The translations under genes were made by a program, and so were the position numbers. Under the pieces are notes generated by a model. It had not been told where the DNA came from. It saw only the letters and a program-made list of their open reading frames with translations, and ran no database searches. Source: Vulcanimicrobiota bacterium (GTDB lineage: Bacteria; Vulcanimicrobiota; Xenobia; Xenobiales; JADMJV01). Taken from it: a stretch of 64,000 bases of DNA. This document shows positions 38,767 through 46,563 of the stretch, piece after piece. Within the stretch, counting starts at the first letter, position 1. Every line of letters starts with the position of its first letter. The stretch spans positions 3,347,557-3,411,556 of the forward strand of contig JBFWNU010000001.1 in NCBI GenBank assembly GCA_050250895.1. The letters run 5' to 3'.

Positions 38767-38794
38767 AAAAGGCCCCCGTCCGAAGACGGGGGCC
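38767..38794 (-). terminator. Rho-independent terminator oriented for a minus-strand transcript
   Basis: Minus strand GGCCCCCGTC-TTCG-GACGGGGGCC-TTTT: 10-bp stem, cUUCGg loop, U-tract only on the minus side. Confidence 0.8.
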
Positions 38795-38898
38795 ACTAGC
38801 ACCGGGCTCGGGGGGGGGCTTCGCCCTGCGTGCCAGTGAAGCACTCTTTCTCAAAGAAGAAATTTGCCCTTCAGCGATTAGGCAAAAAGCTGGATTTG
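38767..38898 (-). ncRNA. Candidate ~130-nt small RNA with a C9 loop
   Basis: Bounded by a TTGCGA-17-TAACAT promoter and the UUCG terminator. Internal hairpins UUUGCCU/GGGCAAA and CACUGGCAC/GUGCUAGUG enclose GGGC-GAAGCCCCCCCCCGA-GCCC. No credible minus-strand CDS fits between promoter and terminator. Confidence 0.5.
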
Positions 38899-38904
38899 TT
38901 TTCA

Positions 38905-38933
38905 ATGTTAACCTGGCTGTAACAATCTCGCAA
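38905..38933 (-). promoter_or_regulatory. Putative sigma70 promoter TTGCGA-N17-TAACAT
   Basis: -35 at 38933-38928, -10 at 38910-38905, exact 17-bp spacer, in an AT-rich intergenic patch. Confidence 0.5.
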
Positions 38934-39108
38934 TCCCAATCCTGGCGTGAAAGGGGCGGCTCTGACTTGAAAGTGCCGGGGGCAAAGTTTGTTTCAGTAG
39001 GTGGAATTTTCTGACACTCAAGCCATCGATTTCCATTCGGTCGATTTGCGCCTGTTTAGATTTTCCAACAGGCAGGGAGGCCGGACGGGCCGCCTTGAAG
39101 TGCGCCCC

Positions 39109-39789
39109 ATGTCCGACTACGGTTGGGATGCCATTCGCGAAGGTGAGGCTCCCGGGCAATTGGTCCTGGATCCCGAGACGCGGCTCGAGAGTGCGGTGGT
39201 CAGCCTCGGCGTGTTCTCGTTTTTGCTGGGGTTTGTCGGCTTGCTCAACGCTTATGCCAGGCACCTGGGCTGGTTGGATGCCTCGCTCTGGCTGACGGTG
39301 GCGGCTCTGGGGGCCGGGCTGGTGTTCTTGCGCAACCGCCTCGACGACCACTACGTACTCGATTTCGACCGTCGAGAAGTGCGTTTTCATCGCTACTTCT
39401 TCAGCCACCGGGTGCAGCGTCTGTCGTGCCACTTTGACCAGGTCGAGGCGCTGGTGCTTGAGCCGAGGCCGCGCGCCAACAGTCGGGGCCTTCACTGGGA
39501 TTACGGCCTGACGGTCTTCGCCCTGAACCGGCGCCGCATTCGGGTCCTGCCGGCCTGCGAGCCTGACTATGAAACGGTGGCTCGAGCCGGGCGGATGGTA
39601 TCCGAGCGGATGACGGTGCCTTTCTTCGAGGGTGAGGCGGAGAAGCAACTTCGGGTCGAGGCCCGGCCCGAGGGCAGACGCTTCAGCTACCACCCCTACT
39701 CGACCCTCCCGGGCGTGATCGCGGCTTTCGTGGTGCTGGGCTTTCTGGTCTTCGTAGTCGTCGGCATCTGGTGGTCCGGGTCACGGTGA
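39109..39789 (+). CDS. Hypothetical membrane protein (two N-terminal TMs, PH-like soluble part, C-terminal TM)
   Basis: ATG 39109 (MSDYGWDAIRE); hydrophobic helices; GTGA overlap with the next gene. Confidence 0.75.
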   Translation: MSDYGWDAIREGEAPGQLVLDPETRLESAVVSLGVFSFLLGFVGLLNAYARHLGWLDASLWLTVAALGAGLVFLRNRLDDHYVLDFDRREVRFHRYFFSHRVQRLSCHFDQVEALVLEPRPRANSRGLHWDYGLTVFALNRRRIRVLPACEPDYETVARAGRMVSERMTVPFFEGEAEKQLRVEARPEGRRFSYHPYSTLPGVIAAFVVLGFLVFVVVGIWWSGSR

Positions 39790-42038
39790 AGTTCAAGCAG
39801 TGGGTGGGCGAGCAGGCTGCCGACCTGGTCGTGCACGAGTGTCCCGGGCTGCTGGGATTTCGGCGTAAACTGGCGGATGTTTACTGTTGGGTGATTTTCC
39901 GCTCGACCTCCAAAGAGGATTTTTTTCTGGCCAGAGTTGGCAGCTCGTACATGGGCACGCTCGAGCTGGCCTGGCCTTTCACCCCCTTCACGGTAACGCG
40001 TGAATTCGAGGTTCCCGGCCGTCCGGCGTGGCTCGACCAGCTCGAGGAGATCTTTGGGGCGACCCGCGAGCAGCTTCTGGCCGACGCCGAGGTGCGCAAG
40101 GTCATCTCGAGGGCGGCCGCCGGCGGGGGTAGGGTAGACGCTGGCTTGCTCGAGCAATACGAGGACGAATTCGTAGGCTATCTGGCCGGCTACCTGGACC
40201 AGACCGAGAAGCTCGAGCGTCCCCCCGAACTCGATAGCTTCTTGGAACAACTTAAGTCTGAGGGGGCCAAAGAGTCAGAAGGTGCCTTTACGGTCGACAT
40301 CCGCAAAGCTCGCGAGAAGTTGCGCGAGTATCAGCTCGCTTCGCCGGCCGAATTCGTGGTTCACCTGCTGGCGGCCGGTGCGGCCGGCCGGGCCCGCCAG
40401 GTCGAGGTTCACGTCGATGCTGACGACCTCATCGTCGAGTTGGATGTGGCCAGCCTGGACGAGGCCGAACTCGACGCCCTGGTGGGCGTGCTGATGCAGG
40501 CCGACCTCGAACCCCGAACGATGATGAAGCAAGAGCTAGTGCTGGCCCTCAATTCGGCCAGTCAGCTCGGGCCGCGCTGGCTGCGCCTCGACAGCGGCGC
40601 CTGGCGGCGAGATTTGACCCAGGGCTGGGACGAGCCACTTCAGCCCCTCGACCCGCCGGTCTCGGGGATGCGAGTGCACTTTCGCCGGCCCCTGGGGCTC
40701 GAAGTGGTCGATCGGTTTCTCCGGGCTCTGGCCAGGGAACATCCCGAGTTCGACGTCATCCGCCGGCGCTGTCCGCATCTGCCGATGCCGGTCCGAATGG
40801 GTGACAAAGAGTTATCGAGCCCGATCGATTGCTCGGCCTTTGGGGCCGTCTGGTATTTCATCCATCCGCACTGCCCCCTCTGGCTGGAAGGTCGAGCGGC
40901 TCACCATTTCGAGTTCGCCTCACCGGGACCATACTCGATTCTGGTCGGGCTGCAAGGTCCCAGCAACGACCTGGTGGTGCAGCGCAACGGTCTGGTGTAT
41001 GAACGTCCCGAGGTGGACTCTCGGTTGCCCTTCGTGGTGGTCGAAGCCCCGAATCTGCCCACCGATCTTTCCCATCAGAAGCTGGTGGATTCTCAGGTCT
41101 TTCAGCGTTTTTGCAAGCATCTCGAAGAGGTCGAGAAGCAAGTCATCGAGCAGACCGTCGAGGAGTTGGCTCAAGAATGCCGGGATCAGATCCTGGCCTG
41201 GGCCATCCAGGGGGTTCGAGCCGCCCAGTCGGTGCCTTGCGTGCCTCGCCTGGGCAGCACGCCGCTGAGCTGGAGAGTCTTTCTGGGCCAGTCGGAGCGC
41301 GAGCGATTCTACACCACCCGGGAGTGGGCTCACCCGCCTTTGCCCGGCGACCTGATCTATTCGATCGCCGAGAGCAACCTCAAAGCCGTCGGCCGTAAGC
41401 TCATTTTGACCTGTGCCGATGACCGGCTGGAGAAGGCTCAACAATGGTGGACCCGGCATCAGCAGTGGCTCGAGCTTGCGCCGGCCCCGGTGGCTCTCGA
41501 GCTGCCCTGTTTGTCCACCACCCGCACCGAGTTGTCGGACGCCGTCACCCTGTTGATGGGCCTGCAGCAGGTCAAAGTTCCCGGGGCTCTGGGCTCGGTG
41601 CTCGAGCTGCGCGCCCAGGGACGACCGCTCGAGACCATCCCGGACGACCTCTTGCCGCGCGGCGTGGCGGCCAGCGTCAATGACCCTGAACTGCGCATGG
41701 ACTCGGATTGGAAGCATGTCGAGCGGGATGAGACCTTCGATAAGGTCATCGCTAACCTGCAAGCGCTACTGCCCGAACTCTATCGCAAGGCCGTGCAGGA
41801 ACACAGGGACAACCCCCAGTTGCGGATCCACCTGATCTACTACGCGGCCTTTTGTCTTGGCCGCTGGCACGAGATGCCACCGTGGTACTACGAGATCAAG
41901 CTCTTTACCCTCAAGAATGGGCGCGGTTTGAGCCTTGATGAATTGCAGCGGCGTATGGTCCACGGAAGCCTCGAATTGCGCAAGGACCCCTGGACACAAC
42001 CGGCCCTGGACCACCTGCTGAAAACGCTCTACCGCTAG
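39786..42038 (+). CDS. Protein containing the 'S-x-G-x-F-T' degenerate GHKL/HSP90-like module
   Basis: ELDSFLEQLKSEGAKESEGAFTVDIRKAREKLREYQLASPAEFVVHLLAAG...VEVHVDADDL; RRCPHLPMPV; PNLPTDLSHQKLVD, with a second similar PELRMDSDWKHVERD motif. Confidence 0.75.
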   Translation: MKFKQWVGEQAADLVVHECPGLLGFRRKLADVYCWVIFRSTSKEDFFLARVGSSYMGTLELAWPFTPFTVTREFEVPGRPAWLDQLEEIFGATREQLLADAEVRKVISRAAAGGGRVDAGLLEQYEDEFVGYLAGYLDQTEKLERPPELDSFLEQLKSEGAKESEGAFTVDIRKAREKLREYQLASPAEFVVHLLAAGAAGRARQVEVHVDADDLIVELDVASLDEAELDALVGVLMQADLEPRTMMKQELVLALNSASQLGPRWLRLDSGAWRRDLTQGWDEPLQPLDPPVSGMRVHFRRPLGLEVVDRFLRALAREHPEFDVIRRRCPHLPMPVRMGDKELSSPIDCSAFGAVWYFIHPHCPLWLEGRAAHHFEFASPGPYSILVGLQGPSNDLVVQRNGLVYERPEVDSRLPFVVVEAPNLPTDLSHQKLVDSQVFQRFCKHLEEVEKQVIEQTVEELAQECRDQILAWAIQGVRAAQSVPCVPRLGSTPLSWRVFLGQSERERFYTTREWAHPPLPGDLIYSIAESNLKAVGRKLILTCADDRLEKAQQWWTRHQQWLELAPAPVALELPCLSTTRTELSDAVTLLMGLQQVKVPGALGSVLELRAQGRPLETIPDDLLPRGVAASVNDPELRMDSDWKHVERDETFDKVIANLQALLPELYRKAVQEHRDNPQLRIHLIYYAAFCLGRWHEMPPWYYEIKLFTLKNGRGLSLDELQRRMVHGSLELRKDPWTQPALDHLLKTLYR

Positions 42039-42523
42039 GTCTGGCCCGGCAGGCGACAGCGCCGCACGATCTGGTGGCGCTCGATTTCGAAACCCAACGC
42101 CTTCTGGACTCGTAGGGCCGCCTGGTTGTTGGCCGAGATGGTGCCCACCAGGTACTTGAGCCCGCGCGCGGCCACCAATTGCGAGGCCTTTTCGATCAGA
42201 CGCTTGACGGTCATTCCCCCGCGAAATTCAGGCGTGACGGCAATGTCGACGATGAACCCCTGGCGCTCGCCGGTGGCCGGTTCGACGTGATTGAGTTGGA
42301 CCAGGATATAGCCCTTGAGGCGATGGTCTTTGGTGGTCTCCACCAGCAGCAGCGTGTTGCGGTCACGACCCAGTGTCTCTTCGAGGTCGGCCAGCGAATC
42401 GAGCATGGCCTGCTGCACCTGTTCGGGAGTCGCCTCGCGGGTTGTCGGCAGGCTGTGCAGGATCGATTCCACCGCCAGTGCGCGGATGGCCGCCAGGTCT
42501 TCTTTGCGAGCCAGGCGGATCAC
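42035..42523 (-). CDS. GNAT family N-acetyltransferase
   Basis: MIRLARKEDL, IVDIAVTPEFRGG, N.AAL....LGF. Confidence 0.9.
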   Translation of the reverse strand: MIRLARKEDLAAIRALAVESILHSLPTTREATPEQVQQAMLDSLADLEETLGRDRNTLLLVETTKDHRLKGYILVQLNHVEPATGERQGFIVDIAVTPEFRGGMTVKRLIEKASQLVAARGLKYLVGTISANNQAALRVQKALGFEIERHQIVRRCRLPGQT

Positions 42524-43707
42524 AGCTCGACCTCGAGTGCCCGCAAGCGGCGAAAGCCCACGCTGGGATAATGGCTGGGTCTGGTCGCCAGGCGGGCCGA
42601 AGGCCAGCGTCGCAAGACACCTTGCCAGGCTGCCCTGGCCTCCATACGGGCCAGAAAGGCTCCCAGGCAGAAATGGATACCGATGCCGAAAGCCAGATGG
42701 CGCGTGGCCGCCCGGTCGATATCGAAGCGATCCGGTTCGGCGAACTGGCTCGGGTCACGATTGGCCGCGCCGATGCAGAGATTCACGCACTGGCCGGCCC
42801 GCACTAGCTTGCCAGCCACCTCGACGTCCTCGGTGGCGTAACGGCTGGTGATCTGGCTGGGGCCGTCGTAGCGAAGCACCTCTTCGAGCACCGCCGCCAT
42901 GCGCTCGGGCTCGGCCACCAGCCGGGCCGTCTGCTCGGGGTGCTCGAGCAGGGCCAGCAGTCCGTTGCCGATCAGGTTGGTGGTCGTGTCGTGGCCGGCC
43001 GCGAACAGCAGGGTGGCCAGGCCCAGGATATCGTCATCTTGCAGGCCTTCGACAGCCAAAAGATCGCTGAGCAGATCGTCGGCCGGCTGGCTGCGCCGCT
43101 GGGCGATCAGCTCGGTGAAATAGGCCTCCATGGCAGCCAGGCTGGCGGCTCCCTGAACCACCACCTCGGGGGCGGGGCCGTCACTGCCCAGAAACGAGAC
43201 CAGATCGTGAGACCACCCTTCAAAGCTGGCCACCTCCTCGGGGGGAGCGCCCAGAATGTCGGCGATGGTCAAGACCGGCAGGGGAGAGGCCAGCACCGCC
43301 AGTAAATCGGCTTGCCCCGGCCCGACGGGATCGAGCAGATGATCGACCCGTGCGGCGACGATGCCTTCCATACGACTGAGGCTTTTGGGAGTGAACACTT
43401 TGGCCACCAGAGCGCGCAACTGGTCGTGGCGGGGTGGGTCCATGAAGAGCAACCACGAACTCAGGCGCCGCTCGACAGCCGAGAGATCGAGCCCCTCGAT
43501 CCCCAGCCGCTTGGTAAAGTCGCTGACCCGGCCAACCGAGAAACGGTCGTCTTTCTTCAGGCTGGCGATGTCGGCATAGCCGGTCAAGAACCAGGCCCCC
43601 CAGCTCTCGCTCCAGTGGACGGGGTCGAGTTTTCGCAGCAGATGATAGACCGGATAAGGATTGCGTTGCATCTGATCTCTGAATCTAGCCAGCAGGTCGG
43701 CGGACAC
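42520..43707 (-). CDS. Cytochrome P450
   Basis: NPYPVY, MDPPRH, AGHDTT (I-helix), EEVLR (ExxR), ANRDP, HLAFGIGIHFCLG heme-Cys motif. Likely start GTG 43707. Confidence 0.95.
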   Translation of the reverse strand: MSADLLARFRDQMQRNPYPVYHLLRKLDPVHWSESWGAWFLTGYADIASLKKDDRFSVGRVSDFTKRLGIEGLDLSAVERRLSSWLLFMDPPRHDQLRALVAKVFTPKSLSRMEGIVAARVDHLLDPVGPGQADLLAVLASPLPVLTIADILGAPPEEVASFEGWSHDLVSFLGSDGPAPEVVVQGAASLAAMEAYFTELIAQRRSQPADDLLSDLLAVEGLQDDDILGLATLLFAAGHDTTTNLIGNGLLALLEHPEQTARLVAEPERMAAVLEEVLRYDGPSQITSRYATEDVEVAGKLVRAGQCVNLCIGAANRDPSQFAEPDRFDIDRAATRHLAFGIGIHFCLGAFLARMEARAAWQGVLRRWPSARLATRPSHYPSVGFRRLRALEVEL

Positions 43708-43833
43708 CCGGGGGTCTTCGTGGCTAAAAGTTGCTCGTCCTATGTTACAAAAGCTTAAACATGTGGTCACAACCTGGCAATCTCTGGGAGCTACCCTGGT
43801 AATACAGATCTTTAGGCGGAGGTTCGTAAAGTC

Positions 43834-44262
43834 ATGGGTGGAGTACGTGCAAAACAATCAGCCAGCGTAGAGTTTCATGCCAGTTGCAGCGTGGGCGGTG
43901 GATGTAACGATTTCCGGAACACCAATTGCGGTGGCGCCCACCACTCCCACGAGGGTGGTCACTGTCACGAAGGCGGGCGCAATCACGGCTGTCAAGAGAA
44001 TCGTGGTTGTCACGAGAACCGCGGCTGTGGCGAACAGCGCGGGTGCGGCCAGAGTAATGGCCTCTGCTCCGGGGGCGGTCTTGGTCAGGGTGGCGAGATC
44101 GGCAACCTGGTGAACCAACTGCTGGGCGCGATCAACCAGATGACCGGCGGGGCTCTGGGTAACCTCGGCGGCCAGGGCGGCTTCGGCCAAGGGCACGGCG
44201 GCGGCTGCGGTTGCGGCGGCGGCGGCCCGTTCGGGTTTGCCGGCAACAACATCTTGTTCTAA
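43834..44262 (+). CDS. Small Gly/Cys/His-rich protein with GCxE(N/Q)R repeats
   Basis: GGAGG upstream; monocistronic with its own strong terminator; HGCQENRGCHENRGCGEQRGCGQSNGLC. Confidence 0.7.
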   Translation: MGGVRAKQSASVEFHASCSVGGGCNDFRNTNCGGAHHSHEGGHCHEGGRNHGCQENRGCHENRGCGEQRGCGQSNGLCSGGGLGQGGEIGNLVNQLLGAINQMTGGALGNLGGQGGFGQGHGGGCGCGGGGPFGFAGNNILF

Positions 44263-44274
44263 CCATTCAAGAAC

Positions 44275-44314
44275 AAAGCAAAGAAGCCCCGAGTCCCTCG
44301 GGGCTTTTTGCTTT
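44275..44314. terminator. Bidirectional rho-independent terminator
   Basis: AAAGCAAAGAAGCCCCGAG-TCC-CTCGGGGCTTTTTGCTTT between convergent genes. Confidence 0.9.
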
Positions 44315-45653
44315 AGCCGATACGGCGCATCAGGTCGGCGGCCGGGGTAAAGACGGCTCGGGCCTTGTCGAGGGCAAAGCGGTCCTGGCTGTCGAGCAAG
44401 CCTTGCATCACCTCGAGACCCTCGTCGATTCGTTCCAGCAGTTGAGCATGCAGAGCCTGTTGTTCGGCGTTCATGCGAGCCGGCGGGGTGGTGTGGTGCT
44501 TTTCGGCCAGCGACTCGAGGATGCCGAGGCCGGCTTCCATCTCTTCCCGCGTGGCCCGACCGGCACAGTAGGCGTCGCCCAGGCTGAGCAAGCTCTCGAA
44601 AGCCAGCGGTAACGCGCCCTCGCGTTCGCTAGCAGTTAGACCGTCGCTCGAGACCAGGTCCACCTCTTCGCCACCCTCCTCCGAAACGGCCGTCAAGAAC
44701 ATGGCCAGATTGTGGCCGGCTGCCTCGAGGAAGGGCCACTCGGGCTCAAGAGCGGCGGGGGTCTCGCCCAGCTCGCCCAGACGGTCGAGGATCTCGCAGA
44801 CCTGATCGACAGCGTCGGTGAGAATCAGCTCTTTATAGACCGAATCGATTTTCTCGCGCAGGCCTCGGCGACACTGCTCGAGCGAACGTCGAAAGTCGTC
44901 GGCGCTGGCTTTACCGTCGGCCAGGCGCCGGCCGGTAGAAAAGACCAGATTGACCCAGGCCACCTCGGTGGGGCCGCCCTGGCCCAGCTCGCGCTCGAGC
45001 TGCATGCCCAGCTCGGCAACGAGAGTGTCGGATAGGCGCATCGTCTCTTCGCGAAAGACGCTGGCAAACTCGGCCCGGTCCCCGCCGCTCTCGCCCTTCT
45101 TGAGCCCGTCGGCCCACAGGCGACACTCTTCGGCCACGTCGTCGAGAGCGCGCTCCACCACCGCTCGTGATTCGGGGGTTTCGATCCGCTCGAGGGCGCC
45201 GGTCAGGCCCGTGCGAAAGGCCGGATACTCCTCGAGCAGAGCGATGGTGTGGCGAGAATGGCCCTGGCCGGCCGCAAAGGCCTCGAGGTGCGTCAGCAGA
45301 CGATTTAGATAGGGCAACAGGGCTGGGCCCTGGTTGAAACGGTCGGCGTGCTGCTGGCGCGAGGCGCGGATCTGCTCGCGACATTGCAGCGCGCGCTGAG
45401 CCAACGGTTCGAGCTGCTGCTCGTCAGCCCGGCTCAGTTCGTCGACGGCGGCTCGATAGTCGTCGAGGGCTTCTTCGAGGGCGACGCACTGCTGGGCGGT
45501 CAGCTCGGGATTATCCTCTGACTCAGCGGCGAACTGGGTGCAGGCCTGCTCGAGTTGGGGGGCCAGCTGAGCGGCCAGCTCGTGGACCCTGGCCAGATCC
45601 TTGCTCTGGGCGGCGCTGAAAAGGTCGTCGATGGTGATCACTGGTGAAGTCAT
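44313..45653 (-). CDS. Hypothetical acidic alpha-helical protein
   Basis: 446-aa ORF, GC3-rich, E/L/A-rich helical composition; no family recognised. Confidence 0.75.
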   Translation of the reverse strand: MTSPVITIDDLFSAAQSKDLARVHELAAQLAPQLEQACTQFAAESEDNPELTAQQCVALEEALDDYRAAVDELSRADEQQLEPLAQRALQCREQIRASRQQHADRFNQGPALLPYLNRLLTHLEAFAAGQGHSRHTIALLEEYPAFRTGLTGALERIETPESRAVVERALDDVAEECRLWADGLKKGESGGDRAEFASVFREETMRLSDTLVAELGMQLERELGQGGPTEVAWVNLVFSTGRRLADGKASADDFRRSLEQCRRGLREKIDSVYKELILTDAVDQVCEILDRLGELGETPAALEPEWPFLEAAGHNLAMFLTAVSEEGGEEVDLVSSDGLTASEREGALPLAFESLLSLGDAYCAGRATREEMEAGLGILESLAEKHHTTPPARMNAEQQALHAQLLERIDEGLEVMQGLLDSQDRFALDKARAVFTPAADLMRRIG

Positions 45654-45722
45654 GGCGGAGATTTCTCCGAGGTCGGGACCAATCCTACGAGGCTCCCGGC
45701 TCTGGTGGGCGAAGCTCTAAAA

Positions 45723-46529
45723 ATGCGCCGGCTGGTCATCTTCGTTTTGCTGTTGTCACAGCTCGGCTGGGCCGACGATGTGGCCAGCCTGGTCACCGAC
45801 ATGCGGGGGATCGCGCGCGACCTGATCGGGCAGGGGGCGGCGCGCCAGGAATACGAGGAATTCGTCAAGCGCCATCAACTCAAGGCTCTCTCCTATCCGA
45901 CCTACATCAAGAACAAGCTGGCCTTCGAGGCCACCCGCGACGCCGGCCTGTGGCACATCGGTTATCGCATCACCGACGAAGAGCCCAACTCCGACCAGAT
46001 TTGGAGGCAGTGGCGCCAGCTGTCGCGAGTGGGTAGGGGTCAGGTCACGGCTCAAGCCGAGTGCGACGAACTCTCGGCCCTCTATGCCTTTCTGGCTCGT
46101 AAGTTGGGGGTCAACGGGGTAGGGTTGTTCTGGCCCACCTCAAACCACACCGTGGCCGTTTGGCAACTTACCGACTCGCAGGGCAGTCCGGTGCGAGTGG
46201 TGGTTCCGACGACGCCAATTTTCCTGGGTCGCCATGACGGCTTTGACGCCCGCGGCTTTGATCCGTGGAAGCAAGAGGTGATTTACGAGTATGGGCGAGG
46301 CGATGCCCCCGATGACTTTCCCCTGGCGCCCGGTCTGACTCGCTTCTTCCTGCAGCAGTTGCGCGACTACGGAGGCGCCTCGCAAAAGCTTCTGCACGAA
46401 CTGCGCTACCTGCGTCAAGAAGCGTGGCTGGGCAAGCGTTCTGAGTCAAAGCTCTCGGCCCTGGAACGGCACTTCACCTCGTCCCCCGACCAGCGCGCCA
46501 TCGCAGCCTTCAGGCGCAGCTTCCCCTGA
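45723..46529 (+). CDS. Secreted protein with a transglutaminase/papain-like Cys...His motif
   Basis: Signal peptide MRRLVIFVLLLSQLGWA; AECDELSALYAFLARKLG...WPTSNHTVAVW resembles the G.C.D.A.L...L.R.LG...H transglutaminase-like core. Confidence 0.6.
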   Translation: MRRLVIFVLLLSQLGWADDVASLVTDMRGIARDLIGQGAARQEYEEFVKRHQLKALSYPTYIKNKLAFEATRDAGLWHIGYRITDEEPNSDQIWRQWRQLSRVGRGQVTAQAECDELSALYAFLARKLGVNGVGLFWPTSNHTVAVWQLTDSQGSPVRVVVPTTPIFLGRHDGFDARGFDPWKQEVIYEYGRGDAPDDFPLAPGLTRFFLQQLRDYGGASQKLLHELRYLRQEAWLGKRSESKLSALERHFTSSPDQRAIAAFRRSFP

Positions 46530-46563
46530 AGGCTCCGGCCCCGAGCATGAGGAATGGAGCGCC

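Noticed and set aside
38417-38905. 162-aa minus-strand ORF as the transcript ending at the 38767 terminator
   Set aside because: It reads through the terminator, starts within the predicted -10 region and has R/P/A-rich shadow composition.
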